Assembly: GCA_051294375.1 (NCBI GenBank)
Contig: CM119270.1
Coordinates: forward strand, 8,667,213 to 8,731,212
DNA length: 64,000 bases
DNA from: Paraspadella gotoi
Taxonomy: Eukaryota; Animalia; Chaetognatha
Reading direction: 5' to 3'
Of this stretch, positions 13,502 through 24,902 are shown piece after piece. The first letter of the stretch is position 1. Every line of letters starts with the position of its first letter. Made by a program: the position numbers and the translations under genes. The notes under the pieces were generated by a model, which did no database searches, was not told the DNA's origin, and worked only from the letters and a program-made list of their open reading frames with translations.

Positions 13502-14754
13502 TCTCAGAAATCCTGAACTTTGAACCAAATTCGAAGGCAAAAATCATCTGAACTTCGTCTTCGCTTTCAACGAATCGTTCCAAACGAGATTTTCCCTTTG
13601 ATTTTTTAGGCGAGATTTAGATTCTTTTGTTTTATTGACATTTTCATGAGCACATCATTTTCTTGTCACACCTACACATACACCTTTAATATGTACAAGA
13701 AATCAAGTTTTCTACTCGGTACTCACCGTAATTATTTTTTCTATATCACATATTTTATCATCTAAATCATTTTTCACTACAGCGACTAGGGCCCTGTTAT
13801 CTTAACGCGAATTACTCACGATGAATCGAGTCTGCCTTTAAACCCCCTAACTCCTCCCCCTCCTCCTCCTCCTCATCTCTTCACTTTGCCCGCCGCAATT
13901 CCTCCCTCTACATCTTCTCCACAAACATATTTTGAACCCAAACCCACACAACTCCTTCAACCCACAAAACCCCGCACCTTAACCACAACCTACTCTCAAA
14001 CCCACAAAACCCCTCGCACCTCCTTTATACCCACAAAACCCCTCGCACCTCCTTTATACCCACAAAACCCCTCGCAACTCCTTTATACCCACAAAACCCT
14101 CGCAACCTTTATACCCACAAAACCCCTCGCAACTCCTTTATACCCACAAAACCCCACACAACTCCTTAAACCCACAAAACCCACACAACCCTTCAAACCC
14201 ACAATCCAACCCCGTAAACATCTCGGAGCAGATGTGAGGAGAGAAGGAGAAATCTCTTCGTAAAGTCTTTCACTCAGGAGATGCTTCCCTCCATCCAATT
14301 TTCCGCCGCGAACTACGAAGGCCGACCATCCCCCCCCCCATTAACTCCCCCCTTCTTCTCAATCGCCTTCGCGTCGGATCGCGGGCGGAATGCCGCGCGA
14401 ATATCTTGGGAATGCAATGGTTGTCGACATTCGCTTCGCATCGATGTGATATAATAGAGACTATCAAAAATTATTGGATGTAAAGGATAATGAGTGATTT
14501 AATAGCTGTAGATGTGCACTGTGCGGATGTTGTTTCGGTTGGGCACGTAGAATGTCAAATAAAGAAATAAGGAGATGATGCTATGGTCCAGTTCGCGTCG
14601 GAAATTGAAGGTCAGCGCAAAGTCGCCGTTTTGCGACTTCGTTCCGGTGTAGGCGACTCATGCTGTAAGAACGGCCCACCTGCTGCTTTGGTGTCAATCT
14701 TGAACCATCCATTCGCCGTCTTCATCAGAAACATAATTTCCATGATTTACACTC
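11921..14754 (-). CDS. probable Cys-loop ligand-gated ion channel, 3' half (frameshifted in this assembly, or a pseudogene)
   Basis: Exon starting at 14754 reads NYVSDEDGEWMVQD (..GEW motif), then DFALTFNFRR and ISLFLYLTFYVPNRNNIR (TM1 to M1-M2 loop-like). The terminal ORF 11921..12142 reads FFFVCQRLDTAFLCFF, resembling the TM4 'lDr.fl..F' pattern. Intermediate GC-richer blocks (12600-13320) may encode the intracellular loop. Confidence 0.5.
12389..12570. repeat. (GAAA)n microsatellite
   Basis: Directly visible; (CTTT)n counterparts occur at ~29420, ~39425 and ~40940. Confidence 0.95.
13936..14215. repeat. ~29-bp minisatellite (CCCACAAAACCCTCGCACCTCCTTTATA)
   Basis: About 9-10 degenerate tandem copies. 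Confidence 0.9.
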
Positions 14755-14969
14755 CTAAAGCTACCGCGTTTAACACAATGGTAATCTCGTTAATATTCTT
14801 TTTTTGTTTACTATGTGAGCAGCCGAATTAATTTTACATTTTATGTCACATACTGATAAGAATTGCTAATCTTCGCCGATAAATAGTTCTACTCTTTAAT
14901 ACTTTCTTAATATTAAAAAGTACTTTAAAACATTTATTTACCAAACAAACTTTCTTTAAATCTCGCACC

Positions 14970-15853
14970 ATGGGTTTTTTAAATTTAATTACCTTGTTAG
15001 CTTTAATATCCTCCTGTTCTTGTCTAAATATCGAGTGCAGAAACAACGGAGATTGTCAAACGAGACAGGATGGTAGCAACTTCTGTTGCTTGGCCGTTAC
15101 CGAAGCAGGTAAATTTTAACAAAGATCATGCAGTAAAGAATTTTCGATGAACTTCGTCGAATTTCAGATGAACAGAATACTGTTTTATAACAAATTAATC
15201 AATCTTCAAATTGATTTCGTTCAAAAGGCAAAGGAAGTACCTGCGTGGATCGATGTACTGAATGCAATTACGAGTTATTGAAGAATCGGTTCCGGATGGA
15301 GAGAGGGAACACCATCTGCATGGGGGACAGATATTATTGCCAAAGTAGCGCCGACTGTCAAACCCTACCGCATCTAGTATTGGACAAATTCGGGGAGCCC
15401 GATCATTTCGAGGCCTGTTGTGAACTTACTTTTCGAAATGGTAATTGATAAAATAATATGTAATGTATTAATAACAACGGTTTTGATTTAGGGAAATAAA
15501 TACCTCATTAAAAAATTCACATCTGTCAAGCTTCTCATTTGAATATTATTTAATATTTTTGGACTAAAAACACCAAAATGCTATTGACTTCCATCCTTCT
15601 TCTCCAAGGCGGCAAAGGAGGAGTCTGCACGTCCAAATGCGCTTCCGATTGCGACGCGCAGAAGATCAACATCCAAAATGTGGCGAAAGCAGAATGCATG
15701 GAGCCCGCACCTAATTCCCGGTCGCTGGAATATTGCGGTCCAAGTCAAGACGGGGAATCTTATCCGGGTCGGAACGCGGCTCGGAACAACGCCCAGCGCT
15801 TTGTCGCCGTCGTCGTCGGCGTCGTGATTGCGCTCTTCTTTGGGCTGCAGTGA
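14970..15853 (+). CDS. secreted, probably GPI-anchored cysteine-rich protein A (2 x 8-Cys module); exons 14970-15108, 15228-15440, 15609-15853
   Basis: Signal peptide MGFLNLITLLALISSCSC; GT-AG phase-1 introns keep the frame open; two C-x5-C..CC..C-x3-C-x2/3-C..CM repeats; RNAA followed by hydrophobic tail FVAVVVGVVIALFFGLQ. Confidence 0.85.
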
Positions 15854-16274
15854 ATCCAACCCAGTGGACACAAAATAAAGAAAAATAGAACAACAACTAA
15901 TAGCAACTAGAAAAAATTAAACTACTCTGGCGTGAGGTTATGTTTTCATGATTTTCGTCCTTTAAATTACAATCTCTAAAGTTGGAGCAATCAAGTAATT
16001 TCTTTGTTTGAACTTTAGCAATAGGATGTAGATTCATGGGTTGAATCAAAATGTCATTTTACTAGAACAAAAGATAACAATTTTAAGTCGGCAGGCTAGT
16101 GTACTATATGTAATATGAGAACTATATAATACAAAAAATCACATGATTAACCACGATGTTTCAATTATGAGCGATTGGAAGTTTCGCCGAACTAGATCGC
16201 TACTCAAAATCTTACGTACGTTGAGACCTTTCGAATCCGATTTACAGTAAGTAACGCACCATACTTCATCCGCG

Positions 16275-17308
16275 ATGTTCCTTCATTTGTTTAAATTGTT
16301 ATTCCTGACGGGCCTGAGTTTTGGCGAAAGGTACGAATGTAAAAGCAACGCGGAATGTGTAGAGAATTCGGGGAATTTGACCAAGTGTTGCTACGGAGAA
16401 AACGTAAAAGGTAGGGTTTGTTTAGATGAAGATAAATTACTAAGAAAGACTGTGACCCACAGAGAGAGAAAGAGAGATAGAGAGAAAGAAAGAGAGAGAG
16501 AGAGAGAGAATTCATAAAAAACGTTCTCTTAACGTCTCTTTCTAGAACGAAAAACCGTCTGCGTGGCCGATTGCGACTCTTGCATGAAGAGCACTTTCAA
16601 CTTCCCGGTCGATACTCCTGTCTGTATGGGCGACTCGTACAACTGTCTCACTAACGAGGACTGCACGTCTAGCATGAAAGCACTGGACAGTACAGGCCAA
16701 CCGGCCAAATTCATGGCTTGCTGTCAGATCATATTTATCAACGGTAGCGTCGCGTGATTGAAAAAAAAATGATTTCTTTTTATTTACGCTTTTAAACCTG
16801 GATTGGTCGGTGTTTAGTTTCAATATTTAAGATTTATTCCTATCCGTCATAAATCCGTTCATCAGACAATCTCACAAAAAGTGCTTCAGTCCATCAGATC
16901 AGTGAATAAATCTGTCTATTCGTTCAAACTCTAAACCAAGTAACTATCTATTCATCTATACATTCATTTCCTTATCCCTTCATCCATCCATTCACAGGAG
17001 GAAAGGCCGGCATCTGCACGAGCAATTGCGACTGGTGCTCCGCTCGCGAAGTGCGTGTTCGCGGAGCGCGTCTCGCGCAATGCATGAATGCGGAAGGCGG
17101 ATACGGAAACGGATCCTATCCCGGATGCATTCCGCGTTCCAGATCAGGAGAAGGATCTTCCGGCCCGGGCGGCGACTGGAATCCGGATCGACGCCGTGGA
17201 CCCCGCAGGAACGCCGCCGATCGCGGGACGCCGCGTCATTTTTTGGCGACGGCGTCATCGATCGGAAGTTTTCTATGGGTCCGGTTTCGCACGAATGTTG
17301 TCGGTTAA
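16275..17308 (+). CDS. secreted, probably GPI-anchored cysteine-rich protein B (paralogue of A); exons 16275-16410, 16546-16743, 16998-17308
   Basis: Signal peptide MFLHLFKLLFLTGLSFG; same intron positions and phases and same Cys pattern as A (CMGD, CC..F.NGGK.G.CTS.C); RNAA near the C-terminus. Confidence 0.85.
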
Positions 17309-17569
17309 AGCAGCTTTTGGGAAAGGATTTTTTTATTATCAATTTTTTAATCTAATTTTTTATTTATTTATTATTTATTTATGTTTTTTTCAATAGTAAG
17401 TAACGTCATCTAGTTTTTATTAGTACGTCGGTTTTACCTATTTGACTGAGAATGATTTAGGCTTGGACTCAATTGTTAGGGGGAACGATTTTTTGATTTT
17501 TCGTTTTTTTGTTGATCATCATTGAACAATTTTAAATAAAGTAACAAAACGGCGAAAAGTTTAATAGTG

Positions 17570-17675
<106 letters not shown>

Positions 17676-18103
17676 ACTCTCCCACTCTTTATCACCTTTT
17701 ATCACTCTTTATCTCGCACTCCGTCACTCTTCCTCGCTCTCTCTCCATTTTATCTCGTATATGATAGGGTATTCCGTTATTGGGCGGTTTCCACGAGCCT
17801 GCTAGTTATCAGTTCAGACAGTTTCGATGCCTTCAGCTATTGTCAATAATCCTTCTCAAGCAGACGTTTCCAAACAAACCAGTACAAACAAAGGCGTACA
17901 AACAAGACGTAAAAACACTCTCCGTACGCAAACAAAAGCGAGCGACGCAAAACGTAAAAAAAAAAATATTAATGACTCACGAAAAATCCAACGATAACGA
18001 AGTTCAACTCAAACTTATCAAATTGGTACAACCAATATAATAACATTAATTTCAGAACGAGACAAACAATTTTATCAGCGAGAGCAAAAGAATAGACACC
18101 TAC

Positions 18104-19297
18104 CTTTGCTTGCTTGCACCTCGTCCCCAACGCGTGAACTTCGTGACCGTAATGCCGTCCCTCTTGCAGACATGCGTAGCAGGCTGGCGTCTTGCAGAGG
18201 GCGCAATACATGGAGACGCGTTCGTCTCGGTGGTCGGCGCAACGAGATTGTTTGGACGACGACGATCCTCGGGTCAACGACGTCGCAGCTGCAGCGTTAT
18301 CAGATCCTGCCTCGGCGTCCTCTTCCACCGCAGCCGACGCGACAGCCTCGGCGTAAACAGCAGCGTCGATTAACGAGTGCCTGGCCAGCGGCCCTCGCGC
18401 CGGATGACAGCCACGACGGCACGGGCCGCAGTACAGAACGGCGCACTGTTCGCAGTATACCGAAGCCGGAACTGCGCAAGAAGGGTCCGGACAGAGTTCG
18501 CAGAGCGGCGCCAAACGACGCGGTTGAGGTGGCGGCGCCGGCGGAGAACCGAGAGCGACGTCGGAGCCTCCTCCGCCGGCGACGCTTTTCCTCTTGCCCT
18601 CGACGACGCGTTCCAGGATGCGCGCCAAAGCCCGATTCTTCGGCAGCGAGTGGACGCCGTTCTCGTCGAGGAGTGTCGTGCGACCGCAGGCGGGACATTC
18701 GAGGCTGCAGGAGACGCCGCCGTTGAGAGGGTGGGCAACTAAGTAGTTTGAGGATGGGGCTGGGTCTTGGAGGCGGAGCTGCGGTTGCTGTTGTTGTCCG
18801 ACGGCGGCGCCGCCTGGCGTCGACGGGCAGGATGACGAACCGTTGGAAGAGGATGAGGATCCGACGTAACTCGACGGACGGGAATTGACGCCGCCGCCGC
18901 CGGAGACGCCCGAAACTCCAGAGTCCGTCTCGGAAACCAGGGAAACTTCGTCGTCGGCGTCAACCGGCAGAAGGATTTCTGGCGGAATTTCCGGCGGATA
19001 TAGGAGGCGGTCTTCGTAAGCCGAGTCGTTGGAGGAACCCGAGGCCAGGGATCCGGTCTCGACGGAGGGAAGATCGGCCGAGTGCCGTCGGGGCGACTGC
19101 GGCGGTTGCGGCGGCTGCTGATGTCCAGTCGAATGCTGCAGCGAGAGTCTGGCCAGCTGCGGCAGCGGCACGGAAGGATCGGCGATGTCCTTGAGGAGAG
19201 TCGCCGCGCAGGAAAGGCAGAAGGAATCGTGACAGGGGAGGAGGACGGGGTTCTTGAAGAGGTTGCGGCAGAGCGGGCAACGGAGTTCGGTCTCCAT
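18104..19297 (-). CDS. TRIM9: TRIM9/TRIM67-type E3 ubiquitin ligase, first coding exon (split RING, B-box1, B-box2)
   Basis: METELRCPLCRNLFKNPVLLPCHDSFCLSCA ... DEVSLVSETDSGV ... CPACGRTTLLDENGVHSLPKNRAL; B-box1 CEQCAVLYCGPCRRGCHPARGPLARHSL; B-box2 CADH..MYCALCKTPACYACLQEGRH; phase-0 donor AAG|GTAGG after CKQAK. Confidence 0.92.
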
Positions 19298-19732
19298 CCT
19301 GGGGCGAGAAAAAGACGGGGGCGAAGTTTTCAAAAAAAAAACAACCGATTTTAGTTTTTTTTTCGCGAGAAAATTTGTATGATTTTAGTATTTTTGGAGT
19401 TTCGAGTATTTATTTCCGCGTGCCAAATGACCGAGAATTAAATCGTAGACGAAGATGAGGAAAACATTGACGAGATGATGATGATGATGATCGTTTGAGT
19501 CTCATATTTCTATGAAGAAAAGACTGTTTAAGTAAATTCGTCGCCGGTTGGATAAGCGAGTGAAAATTGACAGAAAGATTAAGCATTGGTGAGCTGCGGA
19601 TAATCAGATGGAAGACGAACTTGAAAGATCTGAAACTACAAATTGCTGTGGCTCATAACAATTTCTATACATTTAAAAAAAGATCAAAAACAAATGAAAT
19701 ACAAAATAAATAAATGTTGGTTTTAATATTTT

Positions 19733-19782
<50 letters not shown>

Positions 19783-20534
19783 GAGGTTTTTTCTATTCAA
19801 GGCGGGGATGAATAAATTTCTTTCATTCCGTTTTATTTAATCATGAAAATTTTTGGTGGACCATCTTTACTTTTTAAGTGTTTGCGAAATCTTCAAATCA
19901 TACTGAGAAAAAAATTGAATGTATAAAAATAATGTCAATTTATGATCAATTTAATTTCTAAATTCATGTCAAAATCACCATCTTTACCTGTAAAAAATCC
20001 TTTCCCACATAACCAATGTAATTGTTACCACTTATTTAAATAAAAGTTAAATAATTGTTAAAAGTTTTATAAAAAAGTATTTTTTTCAAATCTGCCCAAA
20101 ATATTTCAAAAATAAAAAGTTAAACTAGGAGAAAAAAAATAATATTTATGTTTTCAATTTTATTTCTTACGACCAAAGAGCGAAGAAAGAACAACTTCGA
20201 AAACAGAAGAGAGAGAAAAGAGGAAGAGAGAGAAAAGAGAGAGAGAGAGAGAGACTAGAATGAAGAGTTAGAGAAAGAAAGAGAGAAATAAAGAAAATGA
20301 TTGTAGAAGAAAAACAATATTAATGCCAGTCAAATTTATTTATTTCTTGATTTTAGTCAAAATATATCGGTTTTACTAGTTTCCATGTTTTTCTTCGTTT
20401 TGTTTTGTTTTATTTCTGTTTGAAACTGAATCTCCATTTTTATTTTTCTTGTTTAGTTTTTTTTTTTTTTTTTTTCCTGAATGTTGTTCGGGAACAAAAC
20501 TTCCTCGAGTCTCATTTTCCTTCATCCTCCTCCT

Positions 20535-20619
<85 letters not shown>

Positions 20620-20895
20620 CTATTTCCAGGATCTTTCGACCGACGAGGAGAGAAAGGTTTACTTAGGGAGAAGGAAGAGGAAGAGGAGAAAATTATTGGA
20701 ACGAGAAATATTCTAAAAAGTAAAGGGTAAACGAGGAAAACGACGACGATAACAACTCTGACGATATTAACGACGACAATCAATACCAACACCGACGAAG
20801 ACGACGACGACGACGATGACAACGACGAAGACACAGCCAACCGTTTCCTCGTTTTGATCGTCCACGAAAAATCGCACGAAAGTTCTTTCTTTCTT

Positions 20896-20953
<58 letters not shown>

Positions 20954-22033
20954 CCTCTCGCGCAAAGAAAACAATAACTTTCTTTTCCGGTAAATCAGTT
21001 CCGATTTCCATGTGGCATCGCGCCATGTGGCACTCACTATCACCCTAATTGTTTCAGTTAATAGTGTATGATATTTATTTATTACCTCTTTGCTCTATGG
21101 CTTTAGTTTTCTGTTTTGCTGCTTATTTTTACACTGGTAAACATTATGATTATCCTTACTGCGACTACAATTTTTTTTTAAATATGATTTTTTTATTAAC
21201 ATTATTTTCTGGGAAAAGAAACTTTTTATATATTTAAATTAATTCATTGGATTGCAAATGTGGAACCGGAGAATTGAAATCCAATACCATGAAAAATGAA
21301 CATATATTATAATGACATGATTACATTTTCTGATACCATCTCTTCAAGATCATAGGTGTGTTCTGTAAGTGTAACCCAAATTCAGTCAAACCAGAATCGT
21401 GAGTGTTCATTTGTTTAAACTCCCAGTTTTACACTAAAGTTTCCAGATAGAGCTTACCTTAAAGGGATAAAGAAACAAATGCTAATTTTTTTTTATAGAA
21501 AACAGTAATCGTTCGAATAACAGCACAACTTTTTCATAAAGCAAATGTAATATATGTAGTATGAAACTATGTCTATGGCTTATAAAATTGGTACAACCAA
21601 TATAAAAATTATCCATTCATTTAATAAATAAGCTATAAATAAGCTTTCAATCAAGACTCTCCCACAGTCTCGTTTATTCACTCCCAGAGTACCCGGCTTC
21701 CTTATCAAAGAAGTAGCATAAAATCTCACAGAATGTTTCAATCGTATTTACTTACATGCTAGAGCGGAGTACAATATAGTATTCCCCGATCTAATACTTA
21801 AAGGGAGTGGTCTTTTCATACAATTGAAACATTCTTTGAAACAATACACTACTTCATTGATAGGGAAGCCAGGGTACTCTGGGAGTGAAATAAACGAGAC
21901 TGTGAGAAAGTCTTAATTGAAAGCTTGCAGGGAACTGCTATGTCATTATCTTGTAAGAGTGATGGAGGCCTTAAACCACCAAAGTCAGGGGCAAGATAGC
22001 TTGTTTATTAAATTGATAATTTTTATATTGGTT

Positions 22034-22316
22034 TGTAGTCGGGCATAGCAAAGTTCACCCCGCCTCTAAGCATTAAATCCTTCAGTTGTAACCCGGTGGC
22101 TCATTGAGTAAAGCCATCAGCTCATGACCACTAGGTACGGGTTCAATCCCAACCCGGTACCTACTCTGCGGGAAGTGTGAGGACGGCCGTAAGCCGCCTT
22201 GGGGGCGTGGAAAACTCTCAAGCCTGGTTCCAAGCCCAGGACCCGTTCCATAGCTGCTAGAGGGGTTAAAGAAGTTATGGATAGTCATCTTCAGCCCACT
22301 TAGCGCCTTATCCACA
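22034..22316 (+). mobile_element. solo-LTR-like element family 1 (tRNA-like segment plus twister fold), duplicate copy
   Basis: TGTAG...CCACA ends; flanks GGTT / CGTT (one mismatch in the noisier copy). Confidence 0.75.
22168..22246 (+). ncRNA. twister ribozyme, P5-type (duplicate copy)
   Basis: Identical to 31636-31714; predicted cut between T22190 and A22191. Confidence 0.72.
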
Positions 22317-22379
22317 CGTTGTACCAATTTTATACATATATTCAATTATTCATGTTTATACCAAAACATTGATTTACAA

Positions 22380-24159
22380 CTAATGAGAAAGATTTTTTGC
22401 TCCTGGAAATTCTCATTCGACAAATGTGACACGTCTCGATCTGATTCATGCAGGTCTCACAACCCGTGTGACCACAAGACAAGACGATATCCATAGGATT
22501 TTCCAAACATATTTTACATTGTTCGCCTTCCGCCTCGCTCGGGCGACTTTCTAGCTCCGCCTTTTCTCGTTGAAGAGTGTCTATCGTCTTGGCTTGGTTG
22601 CTGATTTCGAGTTCATTGAGTTCTATCTTCTCTTTCAGGTAATCGATGGTGTCGTTGATGTGACGAGCTTCTTGTCCTTCTTCTTCCGTCCTTTCTTCAT
22701 TGTCAAAATCCTCTGATGAAGACTTAACATTTCTTCCTCCATTTCTTCCTTTGATTCATCAATATCTCCAGCTCTCTTTTCAATTTATCCGTTTCTTCTT
22801 TTTGCATGGAAATATCTCGGCTCATCTTTTCATTGTCCCTTCTAACAAACGTTTTTCTCCAGTTAAAACGATATTTTTCGATTTAATATTTTCGAAAGTT
22901 TATCTTGAAATTTTCTTCATTCTCTTTAGCTCGTCTTGATTCCTGGTGCATGTTTTTGTTTTCATTAAACAGGAAGTTATTTTCTTTTCCAAGTTCTCGA
23001 TTACTCTTCGTACTCTTTTTCTTTATCAAGATATTTAGAACGATTATCCTCTAATTGTTTTTTCAAATTATCATTCATTACTTGAACTTTCCCGATTCTC
23101 TTTATGTGAATGGCGAGCTCTTGGCTGCATCGCACCGCATTTGCAGAGTTAATATTTCACTAACCATTCTCTCACGTTCCTCTTGCAAAACTTCTAATTC
23201 GTGTTCAGGTTGAATTTCCTTCTCGTGTTTCTTCTTCAACTCTTGCAGTTCGAGAGTCTTTGTTTCCATTTCTTGCTGATGTTTAGCCGCCAAAGATGTT
23301 TTTTCTGACTGCAAAGATCGAAACTCTCTTTCAAATTTTTCTTGCTGCGTCGCTTTTCGTCTTTAAGACGTTCCGTTTCTCTCAACAATGTCTCCACTTT
23401 GACCCAGCCTCCTCCTTTAATTTTCCTTTCTTGTTTTAAGACTTTGATCTTTTCGTCTTCCTTGCGCACCAATGTACTGATGATCTTTTTTCGATATCCT
23501 TCGCTTTCTCTTTCCAACTCTTTCACTTTTTTGTTGAGCTCTTCGTTTCTCGATCGATCTCCGTTTTTTCGTCCTCAAAATTTCAATTTCTTCTTGAAAT
23601 TTTAGATATTTTTGGCTCGATTCCTCTGATATTTCTCGATCTTTTCGTTCATCCCACCTGAATGTCCATCTTTTCCTCGTTATCTATCGATTTGTTCGCA
23701 GTGTTTTCATCTTTTCTGCGTCCATCAGTAGTTTTCGCATTGAATCTAAGTTTGTTTTCGAAAGACGAATCTCCTGTTTGAAAATAGCACAAATTGACAA
23801 AGATTAAAAATCCTCTTGCAGGCGTGAATATAAAATATCAATTTTAATCAATTAAAAATTTACTTATAGTTAATATAGAATTTTAAATAAAAAGAATTAA
23901 CAACGCACCAGTAGGGGACCTAGGGGTATTTGTAAAGGATGGGGACAATTCCAGGCTTTCAACCGTCGGAGAAACATATTGAAAAACTTGGAAGCTCGAA
24001 TGACGGACGTCTTCTCCGGCGGCGTCCTTGCCGACGGTGTCTTTTCGGCAGCGTCTTCTCCGGCGGCGTCGAGAAGCCCCCAATCTGACACTTTCGGTCG
24101 CCGTCCGCGTCCTCGACCGACGCTTCGAGCCACAGCTCACCTCCGATCTCCATGGCCAT
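22380..24159 (-). pseudogene. frameshifted duplicate of the coiled-coil RING gene (probably sequencing errors)
   Basis: Collinear with 31846-33651 but broken into short ORFs by homopolymer indels. Confidence 0.75.
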
Positions 24160-24902
24160 CGTTCTGATTTTGCGCTGACAACTGGTAAAAGGTTCATTAA
24201 CAAGTTTTTTAAATAAATTGTATGATCAATAACTACATATTTCTTCCTTTTATTTAGCGGATTGTAGTACTAGTACATACATGAGAGGTAGAAAGAAATA
24301 ATATTGGAGCAGTAGTCAGAAAGAAAAGATATCAAAATAAATGCCGTAAATACTAATTTAACGAATATGGCACACACTGCGCTCATCAGGCGTTTATTCC
24401 GTTTGATTTTTTTTCAATGAATGAAAACATTAGGTGAAAAAAAATCAACTTTTTTGTTCGGAAAGTAACATTCTCTAGTCGAAAGGGAAAAAGCAGTTTT
24501 AGGAAGTAACATTGTCAGAAATGAATTTGCTTTTTAGCACAACTTGTCCCTGTTCGAGCAGCTGGAAAAAGTTGTCGAGGCAAGTCGTGTTCTGCCCTCA
24601 TGCCACATTTCTTTTTTTTGCTAATTATTTTTAATGATTTAGGCAAAATGTTGTGAATGGTAGTTGTTTGCGTAATAGCGTCGGCTACAACAGCGGCTTT
24701 TAGTGGTGAGCAATGTTTCAACTTCCTGGTTCTAAAGTTATCCCTCGCATTTGCTACTTTTATCTTAATGTAAATAAAAAGATTGGTTAAGGCCCCAGGG
24801 CCAGGGACCTCATTTTAGTTCGGCAATATGCATTTTAAAAAATATTTTTAGTAAATCCTTGTGAAAAATTATTGTTGACTAGAAAAGAAGTAATTTCTTC
24901 GT

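Larger units (their letters stand above)
21581..22334. mobile_element. inverted pair of the 330-bp repeat family (MITE/foldback-like), interrupted by a solo LTR; duplicate copy
   Basis: Begins TATAAAATTGGTACAACC and ends GTTGTACCAATTTTATA; same structure as 31050-31800. Confidence 0.7.

Noticed and set aside
13936-14215. CRISPR-like array
   Set aside because: Head-to-tail degenerate minisatellite with no unique spacers, in eukaryotic DNA with no cas genes.
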